From the NCBI GenBank assembly GCA_965223505.1, contig CBDCWP010000021.1, forward strand, positions 256,001 to 320,000: 64,000 nucleotides of DNA, in the 5' to 3' direction. Numbering within the stretch: the stretch's first letter is position 1; each line of letters starts with the position of its first letter. A model generated the notes under the pieces. The model worked only from the letters and a program-made list of their open reading frames with translations. It searched no databases and was not told where the DNA came from. Source of the DNA: Planctomycetota bacterium. Lineage in GTDB: Bacteria; Planctomycetota; PLA2; JAEUHO01. The position numbers and the translations under genes are program-made. Positions 53,871 to 64,000 of the stretch are shown one piece after another.

Positions 53871-56800
53871 AGCGCGTTCTCACCTTCCTTCTGCTCGCCG
53901 CCGTCGGGATCGGCGTCCTTCTGTGGAAGGCCGGCGATTGGAACGGGATCAGCCCCGAGGAGAGCGACTCGGGCTCGACGACGGAACGCGCCCGCGCACC
54001 GCGCACGGCCGTGACCGGCGACTCGGGCGTCCCCGTGCCCGATGCCGGCGTCACGTTCGGCAAAGGCAGACAGCTCGAGCTCGCCTCGGACGCCGAGTTC
54101 TTCACCTGGAGCGATCCGGAGGCGCCCGACGACATCGTCGAGATTCCGAACTTCATCCGCTACGAGTTCAAGACGGCAGACTTCGAGCCGCTGTCACGGG
54201 ACGACGCGGACCGCCTCGGCGTGCTGTGCCACGACGTCGTGCTGAAGACCTATCGCAATCCGCGCACCCGCGCGGAGGCGCTCGCGGTCAAGCAGGGCCG
54301 GCCCGGCGCGCGCAAGCGACTGTTGAGCCGTGTTTTCACGGCCTCCGAGGCCCGCGCCTACGGGCGCCTCGCGGAGCGCATCGGCGGCGCCGACGACGAG
54401 ATGGACCTGAGCAACGACTCGAAGATCCACCTGACGGGGAACGTCGAGGTCGAAGACCTCGACGAGGACGTCGTCATCACGGGTTCCGACTTGACGGTGA
54501 TGCCGAAGATCGAGTCCGCGTCCGGCGAAGGCCGCTTCGAGCTGGTCCACGACGGCTTCACCATCACCGGCGACGGCCTCGAGCTCGACAAACTCGCCGG
54601 CGACCGCACGCGCATCAAGATCAAGCAAAGCCCGATCTTCGACCTCAAGCGCGACGTGCGCGACAAGCAAGACCGCTCTGTGCTGGGCTTCGAGGAGGGG
54701 GCGTTCCGGCCGAGCTCCATTCGGGCCGAGGGCCACGCCATCGTCATGCGTGACGACTTCGGCAACCAGTCCCAGCTCGAGATCGAATTCCAAAGGCACG
54801 TTCGCGCCGAGCAGGAGGGCGGACGCAGCCTCCACGCTCATCGAATGGTGATGGTCGCGCGCAAGCCGCGCGAGGAGCGCGCGAAGGAAAAGGGCTGGCA
54901 CGTCGACGAAGTGCGCGCCACCGCGATCAAGAACGGCAAGGTTCGTCTGGAGTACGCCGACCAGTCCAACAAGGGAACGTCGCTGCTCTCGGTCTCGGCC
55001 TCACGGCTCAAGCACGTCATGCCCAAGAACGGGCGCTCGACGACGCTGTTGGAAGGCGGCACGGTCTTCGTGTTCCGCGAGGTCCCGCCGGGCGGCGTCG
55101 ACGATCGCTCGAACGGCATGGTTCACGTCTCGTGCCGCCGGCGTGCTTGGATCGGCCCCTACCGTGAGGGCCCGGTGCCCGAGGGGCTGAAGCGTGACGA
55201 GCTGCAACGCATCTCGTTGGTCGGAGACGCGCGCATCGAGCGGCACGGCTCGGTGCGCCGCTCGTTCCAGGACGTGATCTCGGGCGACGAGATCGAGTTC
55301 ATCTTCATGTCCGCGAGCGATCCCTTCACATCACGGCCCACGCGCGCGAATCGCACGGACGGCGAGGAGCCGGGCGGATTGATCGCGGTCGCGTTCACCG
55401 CGCTTGGCAACGTGAACGTCTCCGGCACGCGCGTGAACGGAACCACCGAACGGCTCGTCGCGCGGGCACTGCACACCGAACGGCCTTGGGTGATTGCGTC
55501 CGGACAGGCGACGCGTTTCCGGTTCACGGACATCCGCAACGACCAGCGGCTTCTCGGCGGACAGCCCGCCGTGCAGGCCGACGGAGCGACCGCCCCGGCC
55601 GCCTCCACGAAGGGCGAGTGGAAGCTTCGCTACTTGCGCGCCCGCCAAGACGTGATCGTCCAGACGAGCCTGGGCGGCCCCTCCTTCGGCATTCCGGCGC
55701 GTGTCACCGGCGAGGCCCTGGACTACGACGACCAGACCGGCCTCGCGCAGGTGACGGGGACGCCCGTGGCGCCGGCCTTCCTCTCCGCCGAGGCGGCGAA
55801 CGGAAAGCCCAACACGATTCATGCGCACACGCTCTCGCTTCGCCGCGGCACCGGTCAGGTGACGGCGAACGGCAACGTGCGCAGTGTCATCTTCGTGACG
55901 TCGAAGCGCGGCCAGGGCCCCAGCGGCATGCGCGCCGCGATGCGTAGCGCGCCGCCCAAAGAAGCCGCGGCGCTCGAGATCGAAACCGATCACGAGATCG
56001 ACATCCGAATGGTGCGAACACCCACGGCCATGCGAGCGCAGGAGGACGCGGAGCAGATCATCACCATCAACGGACCGCTCACCGCCGAGCTGCGTGCCAA
56101 CGACCTCACCGTTGACCGGATGCGCGCCCGCTCGATGAAGCTGAGCATGGTGCTCGCCTCGCCCGAGGCGGCGCAGGCCGCGCCCACGACGGCCCGCGCC
56201 GGTTTCGGCCATACCGTTCGCGGCAACGAGCCGACCCGCACCATCCCGGCAGCCGAGATGACCGAGGTCGAGATCGACGCCGCCGAGATCACCGCGAACG
56301 TGCTCACTGACGGCAAGCGCGTCTTCGAAGCGTTCGGCGGCGTCGAGCTTCGCACGGAGATGGGCCGGGTGCTCGGCCAGCGGATGGTGTTCGACGAGAG
56401 CGCGCGCGAAGTTCGGGTCACCGGCAGCGACCAGCACAAGGCGGAAGCCTGGTACGGCACGAGCGAGGCGCGCAATCACGTCGTGTCCGAACAGTTCGTC
56501 CTGCTCCTGGGAGACCACGGAGGCGAGCGCCTCGTCGCGCGCGGCAAGGCCGACGATCCGGTCGTTGCCCGCCTGTACCGCAAGAACCCCGAGACACCGG
56601 GCCGCACCGAGCACTACTTCGTCACGTGCTGGGCCAAGATCACGATCCTCCCCGAGCGGCTCGACGCCGAAGACGTTCGCGTCATCCGAACGATCACCGG
56701 ACAAGGCGCCGACACACAGGCTCGACTGCGCCTGTACGCCAAGCGGCTGCGCGTGACCGGCCGGCACTTCCTATCAGCGGAGGAGACCGATGTACGTCGT

Positions 56801-57055
56801 GTCGTTGCAAGCGGCAAGGACACCTATTTCGGCTCCGGGAGCGGCATCAAGGACGACACGCGGGTTTGGGGCTCGCGCTTCGACCTCGACGTGCCTCGAC
56901 AAGAAGCGACGATTACCGGAACACCGGACGAGGACGTGGTTTTCCAGCACAAGGACGAGGTTCACAGCGAGCAGTCGACGGTTACGATCGATCTCGCCAC
57001 CGGCCTCCCCAAGAACTGGAGAGCTGGAAGGGTGATCCGGAAGAAACCCAAATGA
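53867..57055 (+). CDS. Large LptC/LptA (OstA-like beta-jellyroll) repeat protein
   Basis: N-terminal TM; repeated L.GNV.V / A.G.V strands; coupled to kdsC as in kdsC-lptC-lptA operons. Confidence 0.6.
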   Translation: MKRVLTFLLLAAVGIGVLLWKAGDWNGISPEESDSGSTTERARAPRTAVTGDSGVPVPDAGVTFGKGRQLELASDAEFFTWSDPEAPDDIVEIPNFIRYEFKTADFEPLSRDDADRLGVLCHDVVLKTYRNPRTRAEALAVKQGRPGARKRLLSRVFTASEARAYGRLAERIGGADDEMDLSNDSKIHLTGNVEVEDLDEDVVITGSDLTVMPKIESASGEGRFELVHDGFTITGDGLELDKLAGDRTRIKIKQSPIFDLKRDVRDKQDRSVLGFEEGAFRPSSIRAEGHAIVMRDDFGNQSQLEIEFQRHVRAEQEGGRSLHAHRMVMVARKPREERAKEKGWHVDEVRATAIKNGKVRLEYADQSNKGTSLLSVSASRLKHVMPKNGRSTTLLEGGTVFVFREVPPGGVDDRSNGMVHVSCRRRAWIGPYREGPVPEGLKRDELQRISLVGDARIERHGSVRRSFQDVISGDEIEFIFMSASDPFTSRPTRANRTDGEEPGGLIAVAFTALGNVNVSGTRVNGTTERLVARALHTERPWVIASGQATRFRFTDIRNDQRLLGGQPAVQADGATAPAASTKGEWKLRYLRARQDVIVQTSLGGPSFGIPARVTGEALDYDDQTGLAQVTGTPVAPAFLSAEAANGKPNTIHAHTLSLRRGTGQVTANGNVRSVIFVTSKRGQGPSGMRAAMRSAPPKEAAALEIETDHEIDIRMVRTPTAMRAQEDAEQIITINGPLTAELRANDLTVDRMRARSMKLSMVLASPEAAQAAPTTARAGFGHTVRGNEPTRTIPAAEMTEVEIDAAEITANVLTDGKRVFEAFGGVELRTEMGRVLGQRMVFDESAREVRVTGSDQHKAEAWYGTSEARNHVVSEQFVLLLGDHGGERLVARGKADDPVVARLYRKNPETPGRTEHYFVTCWAKITILPERLDAEDVRVIRTITGQGADTQARLRLYAKRLRVTGRHFLSAEETDVRRVVASGKDTYFGSGSGIKDDTRVWGSRFDLDVPRQEATITGTPDEDVVFQHKDEVHSEQSTVTIDLATGLPKNWRAGRVIRKKPK

Positions 57056-57459
57056 ACGTCGCCACCACCCTGGCGTTTCTCAGTCCCGGCCTCTTCGAGA
57101 TCATGGTGATCGGCGTCGTGGCCCTGCTCGTGTTCGGCGGGAACCTACCGGACGTGATGCGCAACGTCGGCCGCGCGTACGCGAAGTTCCGGCAGGGATT
57201 ACAGGACATCTCGAAGCCGGTGCGCGAAGAGATCCGACAGGTGCGGGAGCTGCCGCAAAGCGCGCCGATGCAGGGAAGCGACGGCGAGCGCCGCAACGAG
57301 GGCAATGAAGACCTCTACGCGCCGGATGAGACGCCGACCGACGACGCGGACGACAGCTCGACCTCGGGTGCGCCCGAGGAGGAAGCGCGCCGGCGTAAGG
57401 CTCAGGACGACGGCGAAGACACGTACGAAGGCGTCGCGGACGAACCGCCGCCGATCTGA
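57052..57459 (+). CDS. Twin-arginine translocase TatA/TatB family subunit
   Basis: GLFEIMVIGVVALLVFG..LPDVMR.VGR..AKFR; acidic tail. Confidence 0.88.
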   Translation: MNVATTLAFLSPGLFEIMVIGVVALLVFGGNLPDVMRNVGRAYAKFRQGLQDISKPVREEIRQVRELPQSAPMQGSDGERRNEGNEDLYAPDETPTDDADDSSTSGAPEEEARRRKAQDDGEDTYEGVADEPPPI

Positions 57460-57485
57460 ACGCCGCGCTCGGTTTGCCGAGTCGG

Positions 57486-58043
57486 CTACTCCTCGGCCTC
57501 GGCCTCGGCGGCGCTCTGTTCCTGCTCGATCTCTTCGCTCACGCGGCGTTCGCCCGTGTCGAAGATCGACTGCCAACTGGTGTCGGACGAGACGTCGACG
57601 ACCTTGACGTTCTCCTGAAGCGCCTGCTGCACCTCTTGGACCTCGGAGACGAAGAAGAAGAGCGAGTTGCCGCACGTCTCGCGCAGGGCCTCGATGGCCT
57701 CGCGCGACGGCGGCTCGACGACCGCGAACGACCAACAGCGGCCGAAGCGGCCCACGGGGACGATCTGGTACTGGTACAGCGTCGACGCGGGCACGCCCTC
57801 GAGCAGACCGGCATCGAACCGGTAGTCGAATAGCGGCAGCACCGGCATCTGGTAGTGGGTCGCGACGGTCTTCGCGAGGTCCCACGCCGTCAGATGGCCG
57901 GCCTCGACCAGTACGGCGCCGAACGGCTCGTTCGACTCGTACGCGGCCTCGACAAGCTCGTCGGCTTGTTCCTGGTTCAGTACGCCCTGGGTGACCAGTA
58001 CGTCCCGCAAGCTGCGGCGGTGAAAGCGCTCAAAGGGGTCCAT
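57486..58043 (-). CDS. Stand-alone MshEN/T2SSE_N-like domain protein
   Basis: LRDVLVTQGVL...FGAVLVEAGHL tandem motif followed by a GspE N-terminal-like fold; no ATPase domain. Confidence 0.65.
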   Translation of the reverse strand: MDPFERFHRRSLRDVLVTQGVLNQEQADELVEAAYESNEPFGAVLVEAGHLTAWDLAKTVATHYQMPVLPLFDYRFDAGLLEGVPASTLYQYQIVPVGRFGRCWSFAVVEPPSREAIEALRETCGNSLFFFVSEVQEVQQALQENVKVVDVSSDTSWQSIFDTGERRVSEEIEQEQSAAEAEAEE

Positions 58044-58164
58044 CGAAACTCTCCGCGCTTCTTATCGACCACAGCGCGGCGCCGCGTGAACCCCCAGTTC
58101 GGGCGCTGCACGAACTTTGCACAGGCAGAGCTAAGTATCTGTTCTCAAGGTACTTAGAACCTCG

Positions 58165-60639
<2,475 letters not shown>

Positions 60640-60659
60640 TCACTGCAGCGATCTGCCTC

Positions 60660-60992
60660 TCATGCACCTCGCCCGTCCGTCTCCGGAACGAACTGCAGTC
60701 CGATGAGGACCACGTCCGGCAGGGCGACGCGCAACACGTCGAGAAGCCTGTCCTTGTGGAAGTGTGTGAGCTCGTCACGGAGCACCGACGATCGAACGCC
60801 GATCTCCAGAACACCTCCTTCGAGCCGTCGCAGCTCGGTTGCTTCGAGCCAAGCCGGTTCGCAAACATTCTCCCAGGCGCGGGCCACCGCGGTTCCGATG
60901 CGTTGCGAGGGGACGCCCATGTCACGCAGGACCTTCGAAACGAGGTCCCCTGCTCGCTGGGACTTCCGCACGGAGCGCCGGTCGCCCATCAC
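60660..60992 (-). CDS. dciA: DUF721/DciA helicase-loading protein
   Basis: AW..VC...G.L.I.V.SS...EL pattern; located between dnaN and gyrB. Confidence 0.75.
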   Translation of the reverse strand: MMGDRRSVRKSQRAGDLVSKVLRDMGVPSQRIGTAVARAWENVCEPAWLEATELRRLEGGVLEIGVRSSVLRDELTHFHKDRLLDVLRVALPDVVLIGLQFVPETDGRGA

Positions 60993-60994
60993 AC

Positions 60995-62092
60995 CTACTC
61001 CAGCGCAATCGGCATGATCACGTAGGTGTAGTCGTCGTGGTCGCTGAGCTTCCCCGGCGACTTGGCGTTCGTGAACTCGAACCGGATCTCGCTCGCCGGC
61101 TCCATGACCTTCAACGCGTCCTGGAGGAACAACGGATTGAACCCCACCGTCTGGGGCTGGCCGTCGTATTCGACCGGGACCTCCACCTTGGCCTCGCCGA
61201 CGTCGCGGGCGCGGCTGCGAATCACGAGCGTCTGCGGTTCGATGTGGAGCTCCACGGAGAGCGCGTCCCGGGTGGTCAGCAACGACGCGCGGCGAAGCCC
61301 CGAGGCGAAGTCGGCCGCCGTCGATCGAAACTCGTGATCGCTCTGCGCCGGAATGACGCCGTCCAACGAGGGGAACGACCCGTCGATCAAACGCGAGATG
61401 ATCAGGACGCCGCCCACACGGAACATGGCCTGCCGATCGGCAATCGCCAGCTCGATCTCCGCGTTGTCGCCTGAAACACGCTCGAGGAGCTGCAAGCCCT
61501 TGGGACCGACGATCGCCTGCACATCGCCGGATTTCCTTCCGAGGTCACCCGTCGCGCGGGCCAGGCGCCGCCCGTCCGTCGCCACCATTTGGATGTTCCT
61601 GCCGGAAATCTGGAACTGCACGCCGTGCAAGGCGAACCGGCCCGCCTCCTTGGCAGTAGCGAACGCCGTCCGTCGAATCATGTTTCGAAGGAGCTCCGCC
61701 GAGATCGTCGTTGCGCCCTTGTCGGGAAAGAACGGCAGCTGCGGGAACTCTTCGATCGACTCGCCCCGTACGTGAAAGTGCGAACGGCCGGTGTCCACCG
61801 AGAGTCCGCCGTCCTTCTCGAAGAGGGTCGTGGTTTCCTCGTCGATCTCGCGGACGATGGCCAGGAACCGCGCGGCCGAAATCACCAAGGCTCCGGACTC
61901 GGCGACGTCGGCATCAGGAATGTGATGACGAATGCCGACGTCGAGATCCGTTGCTTCGAGACTGAGTCCGGTCGTCGCATCCGCACGAATGGCCAGACAC
62001 TCGAGAATCGGCTTCGGACTCTTGTTGGCAGCAACGCTCGCTACGTAGGTCGTAGCCTCCAAGAGGACTTGTGTCGGAAGCGAAACTCTCAT
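60995..62092 (-). CDS. dnaN: DNA polymerase III beta sliding clamp
   Basis: ATDLD, VATDGRRLA, SRLIDGSFP, GFNP, YVIMP. Confidence 0.96.
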   Translation of the reverse strand: MRVSLPTQVLLEATTYVASVAANKSPKPILECLAIRADATTGLSLEATDLDVGIRHHIPDADVAESGALVISAARFLAIVREIDEETTTLFEKDGGLSVDTGRSHFHVRGESIEEFPQLPFFPDKGATTISAELLRNMIRRTAFATAKEAGRFALHGVQFQISGRNIQMVATDGRRLARATGDLGRKSGDVQAIVGPKGLQLLERVSGDNAEIELAIADRQAMFRVGGVLIISRLIDGSFPSLDGVIPAQSDHEFRSTAADFASGLRRASLLTTRDALSVELHIEPQTLVIRSRARDVGEAKVEVPVEYDGQPQTVGFNPLFLQDALKVMEPASEIRFEFTNAKSPGKLSDHDDYTYVIMPIALE

Positions 62093-62594
62093 GGTGTTTC
62101 CGTTCGTTCGAAGCCTTCAGACCGAACCCTGACGAGGGTTCCTTTCTATGAAGAAGAAAGACTGAATTCTGAATTGGGTAGTAGCCGAATTGGGTCGTGT
62201 CGCTTTGCGCAAACCCGCGTGGGCTGGGTCTCGGAAGTTTTTTCTCTGAAAGGGTTTACGGCACTCCGCATACGGCTCACGCGCCCGCCGGGGTCGACCC
62301 AATATTGTACGAATGCCGGTGGTCGCATCGAGGGATTTCAGCGCTCCGAAACCCGGCGAATCGTGGCTGGGAACCGCCGTTCTTGGCCTCTTCAAAACGC
62401 CGGCACCGGCACTGCCCGAGCTTTCCCACGCGAGACCACCGAAATGCGACATGGCCGCCCGAGCCCACGTCCCCCGGCGCTTGTGGAATGTCCTTGAACG
62501 GGGGACATAACTCCCCACGGCAAAGGGGGTTATAGGCATCTCGGTGTTGTGGAGAAGCGCGTGGAATCGCGCTTCGGGGTTGGGCGTGGGTGTC
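62093..62594. other. Candidate chromosomal replication origin (oriC)
   Basis: 500-bp dnaA-dnaN intergenic region; DnaA-box-like TGTGGAGAA (62548-56), TGTGGAATG (62482-90), CGTGGAATC (62560-68); AT-rich tract with GAAGAAGAA/TAGTAG near 62140-62185. Confidence 0.7.
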
Positions 62595-64000
62595 CTAGGG
62601 GCCGGACGTCTCTCCGGGGCGGCTCCAGCCCGCCCCCAGGCGGTCCAGATGACGCTCGATGGCGGCCGCGAAACGCGGCTCCCGGTCGACCCGATCCTGC
62701 ATCTTCCGTACGGCGTAGAGGACCGTGGAGTGGTCCCGTCCGCCGAAGAAGTCACCGATCTCGTCCAACGAGTGCGACGTCGCGCGCCGGATGAGGAACA
62801 TCGCGGTCTGCCGCGGCTCCGAAACGCTGCGGCCGCGCTTCTTCGACCTCAGATCGGCCGGCTTGACCTGGTGGTGCGCGCACACGAGCTGGACGACCTT
62901 CTCGATCGTGACGGCATGCCGTCCGGAGTGCACGGCAGGCTCAAGCGCCTCTTTCGCGAGCTCGAGATCGATGCCCGTTCCCTTGACCTGCGAACAGGCC
63001 TGAACGCTGACCAGCGCGCCCTCGAGCTCGCGGATGTTGTTCCTGAAGTTGCTCGCGATGTACTCGACCACGTCGTTCGGGATCCGCGTCCCCTGGAGCT
63101 CCGCCTTGCGGTGGATGATCGCCATGCGCGTTTCCATTTCCGGCTGCTCGAGCTGCGAGACGAGGCCCCACTGGAAACGCGAGACCAACCGGTCCTCGAG
63201 ATTGGGGATCTCGGACGGCGCCGCATCGCTGGAAACGACGATCTGGCGGTTGCTCTGGTAGAGCTGGTTGAACGTGTGGAAGAACTCTTCCTGGGTGCGC
63301 TCCTTGCCCTGAAGAAAGTGGATGTCGTCGATGACGAGCAGGTGCACCGTCCGGAACCGATCGCGGAATGCCTGGTGGTCAGCGCGCTTGATCGCCGACA
63401 CGAATTCGTTGATGAACTCTTCGCACGAGAGGAAGCACACGCGATCGGACGGAAAGTTCTTCATGAACTGCCGGCAGGCGGCGTGCAGGAGATGCGTCTT
63501 TCCGAGCCCGACGGCGCCGTGGATGAACAACGGGTTGTACGCACGGCCCGGCTTCTCGGCCACGGCCTGCGCCGCCGCGTAGGCGACGCTGTTCGACGGG
63601 CCCTTGATGAAGTTCTCGAACGTATAGTGCTCGTTGAGCTGCAGCGGAATGTCGTCGGGACCCGATCCGACGAAGGGCGCCGGCTGATAGCCGGTCGGCT
63701 TCTTCTCCGCCGGTGGGGGCGGCGTGGTCGGGGCATGCGTGGGCGGCGGGGGCATGGCTGCGGCGTCCGACTCCGGGCCCGCTTCCGGCTCTTTGGCTTC
63801 GGCGACGGTCAGGTTGACCTGCACCGGAGCGTGATCGAGCTCGGACGCGACCTGAGTGATCGGCGTCATGAAATGCTTGCGCAGCCACTCGAGGTAGAAC
63901 CGATTCGGCACCCCGAGGACGAGACGGTTGTCGTGCCAGCGCAGAACGGACGTTCGTTCGAACCACGTCGTGTACTGCTGGCGCGAAACCCGCCGCCGCA
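62595..64000 (-). CDS. dnaA: Chromosomal replication initiator DnaA (5' end beyond the window)
   Basis: YTTWF domain I; YTFENF, YNPLFIHGAVGLGKTHL, IDDIHF, TQEEFFHTFN, GGRDHSTV. Confidence 0.98.
   Translation of the reverse strand, partial: RRRVSRQQYTTWFERTSVLRWHDNRLVLGVPNRFYLEWLRKHFMTPITQVASELDHAPVQVNLTVAEAKEPEAGPESDAAAMPPPPTHAPTTPPPPAEKKPTGYQPAPFVGSGPDDIPLQLNEHYTFENFIKGPSNSVAYAAAQAVAEKPGRAYNPLFIHGAVGLGKTHLLHAACRQFMKNFPSDRVCFLSCEEFINEFVSAIKRADHQAFRDRFRTVHLLVIDDIHFLQGKERTQEEFFHTFNQLYQSNRQIVVSSDAAPSEIPNLEDRLVSRFQWGLVSQLEQPEMETRMAIIHRKAELQGTRIPNDVVEYIASNFRNNIRELEGALVSVQACSQVKGTGIDLELAKEALEPAVHSGRHAVTIEKVVQLVCAHHQVKPADLRSKKRGRSVSEPRQTAMFLIRRATSHSLDEIGDFFGGRDHSTVLYAVRKMQDRVDREPRFAAAIERHLDRLGAGWSRPGETSGP

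Noticed and set aside
58106..58121. CTGCACGAACTTTGCA sigma-54-like box
   Set aside because: Lacks the invariant GG at -24 and points antisense into the end of gyrB

Overview
High-GC bacterial chromosomal window. Gene content and style are consistent with an uncultured Planctomycetota-like organism (inference). It ends in the replication-origin region (dnaA partial - oriC candidate - dnaN - dciA - gyrB). Most of it is housekeeping or envelope genes: a TolC/MFP/MacB-type ABC exporter, two HtrA proteases plus a pseudo-protease, thiD, purB, aceE, carB, rnhA, plsC, kdsC, an Lpt-like protein, Tat and PilM/N/O-like genes. No rRNA, tRNA, CRISPR array or transposase was recognised. Highlights: (1) a hidden selenoprotein candidate missed by the ORF track, a secreted thioredoxin with an in-frame UGA in a U-P-H-C motif, fused to a helical-repeat domain; (2) a compositionally atypical three-gene signalling module (37.8-47.1 kb): a 1842-aa degenerate kinase/STAND-NTPase/TPR/GAF/hybrid histidine kinase, a small secreted protein ending in STEWEWIN, and a sigma-54 activator with a ~700-aa unrecognised N-terminus and a winged HTH, possibly a peptide-sensing system; (3) an in-frame ScpA-Fmt fusion; (4) a candidate ECF-promoter sRNA with a C-rich anti-Shine-Dalgarno loop; (5) REP/REPIN-like hairpins; (6) a recurrent 25-bp intergenic dyad (TAA-N19-TTA) that is also present in the oriC region. 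All product calls come from motif recognition by eye; no database searches were run.
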